Source: Oculina patagonica
Lineage: Eukaryota
NCBI RefSeq assembly: GCF_052425735.1
Contig: NC_135758.1
Location: 31,310,001-31,374,000, forward strand
Direction of reading: 5' to 3'
DNA: 64,000 nt
The notes beneath the pieces are model-generated. The model searched no databases. It worked only from the letters and a program-made list of their open reading frames with translations, and was not told where the DNA came from. This document shows positions 35,847-48,134 of this stretch, in pieces (position 1 is the stretch's first letter; each line of letters starts with the position of its first letter). Made by a program: the position numbers and the translations under genes.

Positions 35847-38800
35847 ATGTCGATATACGAGGCCTCATTTGTTTTCTTGTCCACCGTTTGTCTTTTTTTG
35901 TATTTATTCACAGCAAACTCAACGCAACAATCGGCGTCCGGTGGTGATGGATCATTTCGTCGATTTCAGCGCATGTATCTCATTGTTTATCTCATGGCCC
36001 AAGGTAATGCGTACGTAATATAGGTAATGTGTATGCTAAGGATTTACAGTTTAGCGATAACTGGTAACCGCACGTTGCCAGAAATGTGATCAACCAATAA
36101 GAATAACGGTTCGTGGCAAAATAGTATCTCAATTATAATCAGCTGAACATTGACCTTAGTGGCAGTCGTGGCGGTTCTAATAAAACGTGGCTTATTGCAC
36201 CGAGCGTCATTGACACTTACAGAGATAAAATAAAAAAAAAAACATTTCTTTTTTACCATTTAAAGTTCTTTTTGCTTTGAATGGGTCTATGGGGGTGTTT
36301 ATCCTAAATGATGCCCTCGCCGGCTGCAAGCGTTGTTATTGGTTGCTCCAAAAAAAATATCAGCTAAAGCCGATGAAAAAAAAATATATATCTGACTTAT
36401 TTCACGATGCTCTAATAAATGTACTAAGGAGACAAGAGCTGAAGATCCAATAATACTCTTGAGGTATTGTTATGATTTTTTGAAAAATAAAGAAAGGCAA
36501 TTATGACTAGTAATTAGCAGTCGTACTTGTTCGTGGAACTGTCGCAGATGCGGCCAGCAACTGGCCACCGGACTGTGGCAGGGTGGCTGTATTCATTTGT
36601 CTTGATTTGTCAGCAAAAGCACTGAATTTCTTGCTTGGAACAACTTAGTAGCCGTATATAAAAACCAACACTAACTGTTTACAAACACTGACGTCAATTT
36701 TTTCAAGAAAGTTGGCTTGAGGGGTTGGATTCGACAGTTCTTCTCAACGCGCCGTTACAACTTGTGACTGATTAATTTTTAAAATATAAAATCCTAGATC
36801 TTGATCAGTCGTCAAGATTTTAGCCATGTGGTTTATTGCGTTCGACGGCAGGAGAACGCATCCTAATCTTGCGGTGGCCTGTGGTCCCGTGGTTGTCCTG
36901 TGAACGCACAAGCGAAAGTGGTTCTATGTGTGGTATTATGTATGTCGGTATGTGGCAAGTTGGCCTCGATCTCATGTGATTAGACATTAGAAAGCAATTA
37001 ATTGCGTCACAGCGACGTCAACAAAGACAGCGCGCGCAAAAACAATTCATGAAGCCGATAACGCTAGGCTGTAAACAGTTATTGTGTTCGACGGTAGGAA
37101 AACAAATCCTAATCTTGTGGTGGCGTGTGGTCCCGTGGCTGTCCAGTGAAAGTCGTTTTATGTGTCGTTCTGGCAGGTTGGCTTATTAATGACGTCGCAG
37201 TTTCTTTGCGAGAGACCCTGGGAACGAGGTTGATTCGTTCTGACGATCTTCTTCGGTTTGCGTTTGCGAGTTTGCCCTGTAAATTGTGCTGAAAAATAAA
37301 CGTTTCGGCAGTCCTCCTCGTGCACTGTTGGATTGAGATTGTTTCTCTGATAGTTTCAAGTGATGTTGGATGCGCGCTTTATGTTGCACACGCGGTCGTT
37401 TTAAATTTGTATGACGATATAAACAGTCGTGTAACTCGGATTACGTTTGCTAGCCTTATCTTGGGTACCTATCTTGGGTCGAACGCACTCCCCTAATCTT
37501 TGATTATTACTAGTAACTAAATGTAAAATTTTGTGTGCAATAAAATTTGTGTGTTCGAGGGTCACGGATCGGCTCGCATGCCCGCGCCAAAATTGTAAGG
37601 GACTGGGGTTCAAAGGAACGGCTACTAAGCTGATTTGGTAAACAACATGGCGGATGGCAAAGCACACAAGCACAAAAATAATAATTTTGAAAGCTGCCGC
37701 TATTTCGCTGTTGCATCCTGCAAAAGTTGGAAAATTGGCTAGGATTTCCACACAATTATACGGAAGATGATCTACGTAAAAGTTCGTGTAAAAACTATAT
37801 CGAGGAATTCGTACGCGATGGAAACGCTCTTCTCGCAAACCCGTAGGGCGAATTTTAGAATTGGCTTCTTGACGGGACTGCCATTTTAACCCTTATAATT
37901 ATGTGTCTGTATGCCTCTCCTTAACCACAGTGTAAGCAGCTCTTGTTACAGGTAAAATAGACATGGTCGTTCCATTTTATAATGTACTTATATGTAGGGG
38001 CGGAATGAGGTGTGGGAGGGGGGTGGTGGAGGTGAGTTAGGTGGACTGGGGTCGTGGGGAAGGAATTTTTGGATGGTAATGATGGGATGGGATGTGGGAT
38101 AAATGAATTTTTGAGGGTTTTTTTTTTGCGAAAATCCTGGCGTAACTGCTGAATACCCTGCTTCCTGGACAGGCCCTTTCTATGATGTAAACTACAGAGG
38201 TAAACATGTTCCTGTTTGTGGTATTATTGATGGGTTGCTGTTCTCGGTTTTTTAATTTAACCAATTTTAGTCATTCAGAAACTGCTCGAGAATGTTACCT
38301 TAAATATCTTGCGAGCTTACAATGTAGCATGGCTAAAAAATAGTGATGCCACAGCTTTTGCTGAAGTCATTTTCCAAAACCAATTTTTTTTCTTCTGACC
38401 ATAGGAGCTGATTGGTTGCAAGGTCCACATGTGTATGCATTATTCTCCAGTTATGGAATGACGTCCAAGCAAATCAACCAGCTTTTTGTAGTAGGATTTG
38501 GTTCTTCCATGGTGTTTGGTACAGTTGTAGGCTCATTTGCAGATAAACTGTAAGTTTGTGATGATTGTTTGTATTTGTACTTTTTTAATTTAATACGTAA
38601 GTTCTTGAAATTTGTTCTAAGAGCATGACATGTTCATCAAGAGAGCTTATGTCATAAATATTTTTATTTGAGTATGGTTAAGGATGGTTTTATTTTGTCT
38701 CACAATTAATTTCCATATTAAAATAATCCCATTTAAAACTCGCACATTTATACAAAATTTATGTACATATCTTGATGGTAACAAGTTCTTACATGTAAAC

Positions 38801-41800
38801 AGTGCTGTGTTCTAGAGGTCTCTGTAACTTCTCCATATGATGTTACAACTATTCAACTATTCCTGACAGTATTTTCCTTTTCCAGTGGAAGAAAATGTAA
38901 CTGCATTCTTTATGGAGTATTGTATAGCATGGATTGTCTTTCAAAGGTATGTACATGCTGTGTGTTAATAATAAATAAATAAATAAATAAATAAATTACT
39001 AGTATGTTACTCCAGTAAAATAGCGGTATGTCATGCTATCCTCTTTCTCTTAAGACAGGAGGCCTTTGGACAAGCGACCCTTGTTAATATTTTGTATGTC
39101 TTGAGATATGTCTCTCTCTTTTCTTTCAGCATGTACCAAATTACTGGGCGTTAATGTGTGGTCGCTTGGCAGGAGGAATGGCAACATCCATTCTGTTTAG
39201 TGCCTTCGAATCCTGGGTAATCTGTGAACATGACAAGGTATGTGAAGTCATTAATTCATTCAAGCTCATTCACAGGGTCTTCTGTATCAGGGCAGTCTGA
39301 AAAAAATCAGGCTTGAAGCAGGCTAAAAGCTTGCCCTGAAATTAAAATAAAATGTTGTAAATCCATTTTATTTCAGCGAGGATTTAGTAAGAGCTTGTTG
39401 ACGGACCTGTTTTCAAATGCTGTTTTGGGAAACTCCTTGGTTGCTATTTTTGCAGGCCTGGTTGCTCAGGTGGTGGCCACTCAGTATGGATTCATGTAAG
39501 TTGTATATAGTTTATAATTAGTTAACTTTAGACAACATGAAAGTTATAGTGGTAGAACAACATGTCTTAAAGAGAAAGAGATCTTAAGTTATGGTTTGGT
39601 CTGCAACATTCTTATAGACCTTTCAGATCATCTTTACTATAGGCAGTCGTGTGTAATATATCGTGATATATCGGCAGATAGTTGGCTGATATAAGTCAAG
39701 AGTCTGCTGATAGTTGGCCAATAAGTCAGTCTATAATTGTGGTGAGTCGGCAAAAAGTGAGCTGATACGTGGCCAATAGCCTACTGCTCTTGGTCAAAAA
39801 TTGACTGATATATTGACCGACAACTGACCTATTGGTCTATCAGTAGATCTATGTGTTGACTGACTTTTTTTACTTATGCAATCTTTATTGCAGTGCTCCA
39901 TTTAGTCTCTCACTATTGCTGTTGGTTGTCACAAGTGGAATAATCTGTTGCACTTGGACTGAAAATTATGGTGATATCAGTGGAAATGTCAAACTGTCCT
40001 CAGTTCTGCAAGGAATACAAGTTTTAAGACAAGGTCAGTAAGAGTCTTACATGTACAAATGTGCGAGGCAGCGAGGCGTGCAAGGCATGCGAGGCAAGCC
40101 ATGCGAGGCGAGGCAAGGCAGCAAGGCATGTGAAGCAGAAATCCCTACTCCAAATAAAAAGGCTAACCACAAGCTACCTAAGCTAACAGTAGGCTAACCG
40201 GAGTGCTGTTAAGGCTAACTGGAGTGCCATTTAGGCTAACTGAAGTGCTATTTAGGCTAACCCGAATGGATCACATGCCTTGCTGCCTTGCACAAGGCCT
40301 CATTTGTTTTCTTGTCCACTGTTTTTTTTTTTTTTTTTGTATTTATTCACAGCAAACTCAAAATATGTGACGACGTGGTCAGTAAGAGTCTTTTGTTTCC
40401 TGTTATAGTGTTTACTGAAACTCCAGAGAAACAAGGAACCTATTGTTCTTACATGTTATAAGAACAGGTCCAAAAATACCAAAAGTTATAAAGTGTTCAC
40501 ACCATCAATAAGCAGAAATGATGTTAGGCTACAGGCCATGAGTTCAGGTCCCTCCAAGGTCAATAACATCTCTGGTCTTCTTGTCAGATCCTAAAGTGCT
40601 TTGTCTTGGACTGATCCAGTCTTTGTTTGAAGGATCCATGTATTCCTTTGTATTGGAATGGACACCAGCTCTAACTCCTGGTAAGTTTTAATCCAGCTTT
40701 ATATGATTTTTATTTATTGTGACCTGAAGTAATTTACATTAACTACAGTCAATGACTTCTGGAATTATAGCAACAACCCCATTACAATACAGGAAATTTT
40801 AACACAAGACAGGACTGAGCTTTTACTTTGTGCCAGACATGATGCCCACTATCTTTGCAATTTATTTTGAATATTTTTTCACGATATACACTGTATACAG
40901 ATCAGTGTTAACATTCTAGTCACTGTATATCACTGTGATCACTAGGTTTACTGAAAGTATCCTATTCACAGTGGTCTCCTTAGGCTATCCAGGTACAGTG
41001 TGGGAATTATACAATTCGGCAACTGATACTTTACTCTCATAGAGCGGTTTTCACTTGAGTGTGTAAAGTAATTTACGTTTGCTTTGGTTTTGCATTACTA
41101 CGCTCAGTGATTGGTTTAAAAACCTTGTGCCACATTCTCGACCAATCAGAACTAAAACCAGAACAAATTGTGACTCGCTCGAGCACGTTATCTAGCGCTT
41201 CGTGCCGGCTATAAGTATTTGCTTCAAGTTTTGATTGATTCACTGGATTGTCTATGTCCTTTGTGATTGGTCAGAATAATTACGTTCACTTGGTTTTGGT
41301 TTTATGACACTCAATTGAAAACTGCTCATAGTGCCACCCTCTAACGTTGGGTACCATTTAATGGTTGGGACAATCTGCCAGATGTTTAGAGGGGACGGGG
41401 TAGGGGGCCAACCTGCCACACACAAGCATCCCATTTAAGGAGACCAGAAGTGCTCATAGTTGTCGCTTGCTACCGTAACTGGAGTAATGTACATGTACCT
41501 GTCTGGAAAGCCACCTTGGTTTCAAGGAGGTTTCTTAATGTTTACCTACTCTCCACATGACAATAAACATGTAGGTAAAATAATAAAAGGCATTAGAGGA
41601 AAGAGGTGAACAATGATGGCTACCAGCAGAAGAGAGCAAGGCAGACCAAACTATTAGACACAAGAACCTGCAAGAAGACTCTTATGGTCTTGTGCTAAAT
41701 TTAATGCAAGCACTTAGCATGAAAAGGTGTTTATGGCTTGCTTCTGGGGTGGCGGTGAGGGTAATTGGTACTACCACTGGATTGGGTTCCATTTTTAAAC

Positions 41801-44800
41801 TTCCAGAACTGTGTCATGGGGTTCCAATTTTAACCTTTTAGTCTGAGATAGGGTCTCTGAATGTAGATTTGCCAACTCTCACGCATCATGCGTGAGTCTC
41901 ACGCCTGTGGATCCAAAATATTGATCTCACGCTTAAAGACTATTTTCTCACGCCGACTGACAAATCCAGATTTCTTACTCCTCTTAAACCCATTAAATGT
42001 CAATTTAATTCAATTCCGGCGAAATATAACCCAGAAAATCAGCATCGTTATTCGTGTTTGAGTCCATTTCGTACACTTCGGCAACATTTGAAAGTCGTCA
42101 AAACATCTTTGGTACCCATCGGCAATGCTCGGAAGTTGTTGGAACACCTTCAGAAATTTCCGGAAATAGCCGGGACATCTTTGGAAACAAAGTGATGGCA
42201 ATCTCACGCTTTTGACTTGGGAAAAGTTGGCAGGTATATGAATGGGGGAAATTATATCAAATTTGTATCTTTCTGCTTATCAGAATCAGGTTATTTTGAA
42301 ATGTGTGGAAATAAATAGCAAAAGTTGTAGTTTAAAAAATGTCCTCTTCACTTCCCAGGGGGGTACTCCGACTTGTAAATGACGGGGATGATCGAATGAA
42401 GGCAAAACGCAGGACCCAAAAAAATCCCTAAGTCTTCCGAAATTACCCAAAAAAATCCCTGGACCAAAAATAACCCCCCAAAAAATCCCTTGTCAAATTA
42501 CCCCTAAATTGCCAGGAAGGGCAATAACGCTCGAGTTTGATTATTCATCATACCTTAAATACATGCAACACCAAGGCCGTGCCAAGGCACTTTAGTTTGT
42601 TTTTAACACCCAAAAACATCCCCTGTTTGAATCAAGTCAGAGACATGGTAGGAATTCCTAGATCCCAGGGGAGTATTCCCACAAAAACATTTCCAAGTCG
42701 CTCCCCCCCCCCCCACAGCTTGCTTGCTACGCCATCTTATCAGTATATGCAAAGGAAGGCAACTTTGAATAGCTTCATTGGTAACATTCTACAGTTAAAG
42801 CAGAAAACGTGTTGTTTGGATTACAGATCCTCCAATGGGCATAACAATTGTTAAGGAAAATATTCCCCATGGATGGATATTTGCTTCTTTCATGGTAAAA
42901 TAATATTATAGAACCTATATTATTATATAAAGGTATCAAGTACTTCTGTGTGTTCTTGAATAATGCAAGAGGGTGTAAGTCATTACGGTTAAGGCCTGTC
43001 TACTGTGCCTACTTCTAAACTGCCCTTCTTTAAACTTCCCCTAGTCATTGACTTAATTATTCAATGAAATTTTGTTCCTTTGTCTTACTTCCCACTAACA
43101 ACAAAATATAAAGTTTGTGCTGTTTTCAGTCTATACTTGCCCTCAGTTATACAAATAATTTTATACATTATACAAATAAATAGTTTGACAGTAGATGACA
43201 TCGCACAAGGTTTATGTTGAGGTCTTGGCACTCTCCTGAACTTACACAAGTGCTTTCAGCCAAACAGAGTATGCATTTTTTTAGGTATCTGTAATGCTTG
43301 GTTCACGCGTCTTTAAATTTCTTTCTAAAGTGGATTCTGTGGAGTCATTTATGAGGTATGTTTAAGCATTTGCAAGCTTAAATTTTTTATTCTTCTTACT
43401 GGGTATGAAGCTAGAAATATGCTGCCTTATGGATATTTTATTATCAAACAATGTCTTAATGCATGCATGCTGTTAGATGATAGTTCGTTTCTTTTTTCTT
43501 TCAGACCTATCTTTGGTATAGCAGCACTATCATTAATCACGCCCATCATTGTCCCAAAGGTATGATTCATGTTTAGAAAATCTGCTGCTAGGGGGACTTA
43601 CAGCAAGGCGCCCAAAAGTGTGACCACTTTTAATTTATTCACATTCTTTCGTGCAGATTTAATCCAATCAAAAGCCATAGATAGCTTGCAGTTGACTTCT
43701 GATTGGATTAAATCTGCACGAAAAAATGTGAATAAATTAAAAGTGGTCACACTTTTGGGCGCCTTGCTGTAATAGGGAGGAAAGAAATGTACTTAAGGTT
43801 TACCACAATGGGGGAGATGCATGATTGTATAACTTGTGTCATTTCTTAAAGTACCAATTTTTGTTGAAAACTTCGGGCTACAATAAGTAACTTTGCCTGA
43901 GTTGTTGGCTCATTTTTTAGGATTTTTTTCTTTACATTTTTTAATAAATTAAATTGCTGTTTTTCTTTCTGTCTTCCTATGCAGAACCAATGCGCTATTT
44001 ATGTAGGATTCTTGGTGTTTGAATTTTGTGTAGGTAAGATGCTGACTTTTGGATGCTCAGCTTCCGTAAGGTAATCAGAATATGAGAGGGGTGGGGTGTG
44101 GAGGACAAGGTTTAAACTTGTTGCCTGAGCATGGCAACAGTTAATATAGTTTCTCTCCAAGTAATTTCATTTAGCCTTATCATAAAATTATTTTCAAAAC
44201 CTACTGCCAAAACCTGAATGGCAAAATTTTGAATTAAAAAAAATGAGCCAAAAATTTATTAGAAATGGTAATATATCTGGCCCCATTAGGCAGCCTGTAT
44301 AGCTACATATGTTGTGTGGGAGGTGCGGTGGCCTCTTCACCGCGGTCAAACGTCTCAGGCAGGTTTTCTTTCCATTTCGCCGTTTTTTTGTTCAAATTGA
44401 AGTGTTATTACGAGCAAGGATAGATAAAAATAGTTGCCGAGTGAAAGCATAATGCCATTCCCTCAGGTAAACCAGTGTTTTTACTTTTTAAATGTTTCGC
44501 ATCCGAACCAAAGGTGCTTTGACAAAAATGAATGGCGCCGACAAGTCCGCATATCGCTATTTTCAAACACTTAGAACTTTTTTAGTAAAGCTCCAAAAAA
44601 CTTAGTAAACCCTACGGATACCGGTTATGTATCGAACTTCGAACTGTGAAAATTAAAACCTTATCTTTGCAGTACTTTTCTTATTTTCTGCATATTTCTG
44701 TCGTTTGACCGCGGTGGAGGTGGCCTCATGGTTAGTGCTGGAGTCCAGATAAAGCAGTCCAGGTTTGAGCCCTAGCCGGGGACATTGTGTTGTGTTCTTG

Positions 44801-45256
44801 GGTGAGACTTTTCTTGGGGCGTCTGGTCTTCATATCTAAGAAATAAAAAGTTGACAGATATGCATAGAGCTAGTACCTTAATTAAAAAACAACTTTTAAT
44901 AAATATATATGGCAGTGGACTAACGTTGTAATAAAAGAATACTTTTCTTTTTTAAAGGAATATTCTGGCCAGCAATGGGAGTGCTTAGAAGTAAATATGT
45001 GCCAGAATCGAGTAAGTAAACCACCAACATTTTGGTGAACCACCAACATTTTTTATGCTATAACGGTAATTCTTTTTTTTTTCCTCATCCTCAATTTATC
45101 ACAGCAGAAAGCTATGGCCCAAGACTAATATTATTATTTTCAAACCTTCTTTGCTTTAATTTTCAGCTCGTGCCACCGTCATGAACATATTTCGTGTTCC
45201 TTTGAATCTTATTGTCATCATTCTTTTAGTTCAGGTTTGTACATACATACTGATAC

Positions 45257-45306
<50 letters not shown>

Positions 45307-46961
45307 AATAATAATATTATTATTATTATTATCATTATTATTACATGCATGGTTAACAGTTAGTATTGTTTTGAAAAATTTTCTAGGAATTTTTGTATTT
45401 TGATTAGTTTAAGCTGTAACAACAACAACAAAGGTATCTTAAGTATTCCTTTCACCACAGCCCAACCCTCTCAGTCTCTTCACGACGACTGATAGGTGTC
45501 ATATTCCTCAGCTCTGAATAGGTGCAAGCGACCTCTCTGTTCAAAACTGAGGGCTTATTCCCGGGGAGGTGGTACTACCCAAAAAACTTTGGTAGGTGTT
45601 TGCTGCAAGCTTTTTGACTGCCCTACCCTACTCAGTTTGAAATATGCGATTTTCCCTACCCCTTTTATCCAAAAGTTGATATCCTGTTTAAGACCAGACC
45701 CTACCAACCGATTGCTTCGGTTTGCATGAACATTTGTTAAGGGCGACAAACTCCCGATAGTTCTTAAATCGCACTTTTCAAGACAAAAGAGAGATTAACG
45801 TGACGTTATACGGCAAACGCGAGCTTGCCTTTTATTTTGTTACCTTTTTTTTATCGTATTCTAAAATTAATCCCTTACAAAAACGGGAAAAATCCCACAT
45901 TCACGACAAACGCAAAACTATTCATTTCCGCGTACGAACGGCAGACGGCAGAAGTTGAATTTTTGCCGTTCGCGGGAAAAATAAACGTCATGCTTAATCT
46001 CTCTAATAATAAAAATAGTTTCGTCCAAAAATGATATATCTAATTGTTGACCAGAGTGCACAAACCATACCCTACTACAGACTAAAATGGTCAAAATTGC
46101 CCTATTTCAGATTTCAGATCAAAACGCCTCGAAAACCTTTGGCGCCTCACATACCAAAAATTAAATGGAAAAGCTTATAAAAGCATGGTGATGGTATACC
46201 TGTATCTAGGTTTCAGATGTACGATTCTTTTTTTTTTTTTAACAGGATTTGGCTCTCCCATCAGTGTTTTGCTGTTGTGTGGTATTCTTGATAATCTGTT
46301 GTGCTGTACAGCAGTGGTTATTTCACTTATCTACCCACTGTTTGGGCTCTTCAAATGAAGTTAAAGGTGAGGTTATAGTTTATCATATCCAAGGCAAAAA
46401 GAACATCGTATCAGGGACGTGGTCATAACAAGTGTACTCGATATGGACCCACCTTGTGTAGGGGTAGGGGGGGGGGGGGCTATGCAAGATACCACCTGTC
46501 TGATTAGCCAAATAGACAAAAGTTATTGGCCTCAAAATTGAGTTGAGTCTTTCATATTCGGTGTGCATGAAGCTTGCATTGCTGGAGAAATGGCACAAGG
46601 AGTTGTGAATCTTTTTCTTAGTTTCTACTACTGATAGAGTGGGGGCTATACAAACAAGACACCATCTTTTAAGATGGGGAATGGGGGGGGGGGGGGTACA
46701 TGAAGAGCGGTGGGTCCTGTCTGAGTACAACAGTTTTGACCATTTCCCTTAATCCCTCAGGTCCCACTGTCAAAACTTGATTTTTTTCCCTGTATTTCAA
46801 TTTTTATTATATATAGTACACGAGCATTGTGCTTTAATATTTTATCGTGCAAAATAAAGGATGATGATGATGATGATGATGATAAAATCAAATAAACTTC
46901 ATGCTTTTTTCTTGCAGGCGAAGCAGTCTCGGCAAGTTGTGACGTAATACGACCGGTATAG
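35847..46961 (+). CDS. MFSD5: Molybdate-anion transporter MFSD5 (MFS). Exons: 35847-36003, 38405-38549, 38886-38946, 39130-39237, 39377-39495, 39894-40033, 40588-40680, 42827-42894, 43285-43355, 43505-43559, 43985-44033, 44958-45011, 45167-45234, 46246-46366, 46918-46961
   Basis: Family motifs FQRMYLIVY, ADWLQGPHVYAL, GFGSSMVFG, ATSILFSAFESW, WTENYG, QSLFEGSMYSFVLEWTPAL, IPHGWIFASFM, GIFWP and RATVMNIFRVPLN; GT-AG introns with compatible phases. Confidence 0.93.
41855..42237. mobile_element. MITE-like element in MFSD5 intron 7
   Basis: Imperfect inverted ends tgccaactct / aaagttggca with TA flanks; ctcacgc repeats. Confidence 0.5.
43601..43770. mobile_element. Fold-back MITE
   Basis: Arms of ~70 bp beginning cagcaaggcgcccaaaagtgtgaccac; TA flanks. 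Confidence 0.9.
44318..44810 (+). mobile_element. Truncated tRNA-derived SINE interrupted by a TIR element (44336-44718)
   Basis: SINE head ggtggcctcatggttagtgc...ggtttgagccct...gggacattgtgttgtgttcttggg. The insert has TIR ttcaccgcggtcaaacg / cgtttgaccgcggtgga and a 9-bp TSD GGTGGCCTC. Confidence 0.75.
45257..45343. repeat. (TAT)n microsatellite
   Basis: Interrupted ATT/TAT run in MFSD5 intron 13. Confidence 0.95.
45789..46004. mobile_element. MITE
   Basis: gagagattaa..tgacgtt / aacgtca..ttaatctctc inverted ends. Confidence 0.6.
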
Positions 46962-48134
46962 ACATCACGTGACAAACGGCAACCAGAGCAAGAATATTAA
47001 TGTAAAGCGTATCGACACAGTCACACCCAATAATAAATTATTTCTGGAAGAACAAGTTGTTTATGGACCAGTACTGTTTTAATTTTTATAAACCCACAAC
47101 ATTTAACCGTCAGCTAAGTTTTTCGCACCCATATCAGTCAGCACCAAATAGTTTAAAAAGTAGCGAAAGTAAACTCCCCCCCCCCCCCCTCCCTTCTGTA
47201 CAACATGCTCGTGGAAGCGGCTTCTGCGCTCGCGTGTCGCGGCTGCTAGTCACGGCTCCTATTTAATTTCACTCGTGGCTTCGCCGCTCTTTTTTCCAAA
47301 AGTATGACGTTACAGTAATTGTAAACGAAAGAGAATCATTTGATATCCCACACAAAACACCCTATATTGCGTCACGTTTGCTTTTCTTTTAAAAATGGCG
47401 GTCACCGAAGCTTCCAATCACAACATTTCATTCAAACAAATTTATCCTTGAACTTGATCTGTTATGTCCTTTACAATCTGGTCAGTTATCACAAGACTCC
47501 CGGATCCTTTGTTTATTTTGAGTTTAAAACTCGTTTTGCGGACAGCCGGAATTTTTTAAACAAATAGAACTACAGTACCTTTTTTCGCTGAGCAGGAATA
47601 CCTCTATTTGCGGCCACATAGTTGTCATAGTTAATACTATAATCTCAAAGATTCTAAATGATTTAGTTAAAGTTCGTCGGTTTTGACACGGAAAACGTAA
47701 CATAGTAGGGACTCTGATCAAGGTAAAGTAAAAAACTTTTGCACGATTTTTTTTTAAGAAAAGAATCCAATGTGGATTCACTAGCTGTGGATTGACGTAA
47801 GCAAGCCTTTTACCCCCGCCACGCATGTATTTATTTTATATTGCGTAAAAGCGAGAGAGGAACTCATTTATAGAAACTCCGGGGTGGTACGTCTTTGTTT
47901 GGCGAGCAAGCCGGAAGAACATCTTTAGCGCATTGTTTCAACCGCTAGAATAGACCAATGAGACGCGTGGAAATGAAAAGGGAGTCTAGTCCAATAAAAC
48001 CGAGCTATGCATGGTTGTTATATAATTTCAGACTGTCTTGCAAAGCATTCACACACAAGCTGCTCTTCAGTCCAGACCATCTACCCGTGGAGACTAATCA
48101 AGTTAAAGCTCTAGAAAACTGCGCGGTTTATAAG

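Noticed and set aside
36825-37185. Diverged ~245-bp-period local duplication in MFSD5 intron 1
   Set aside because: Ordinary decayed tandem duplication with no further structure.
37401-37838. 145-aa minus-strand ORF and short plus-strand ORFs in MFSD5 intron 1
   Set aside because: No recognisable motif or supported splice structure; cannot be called a nested gene.
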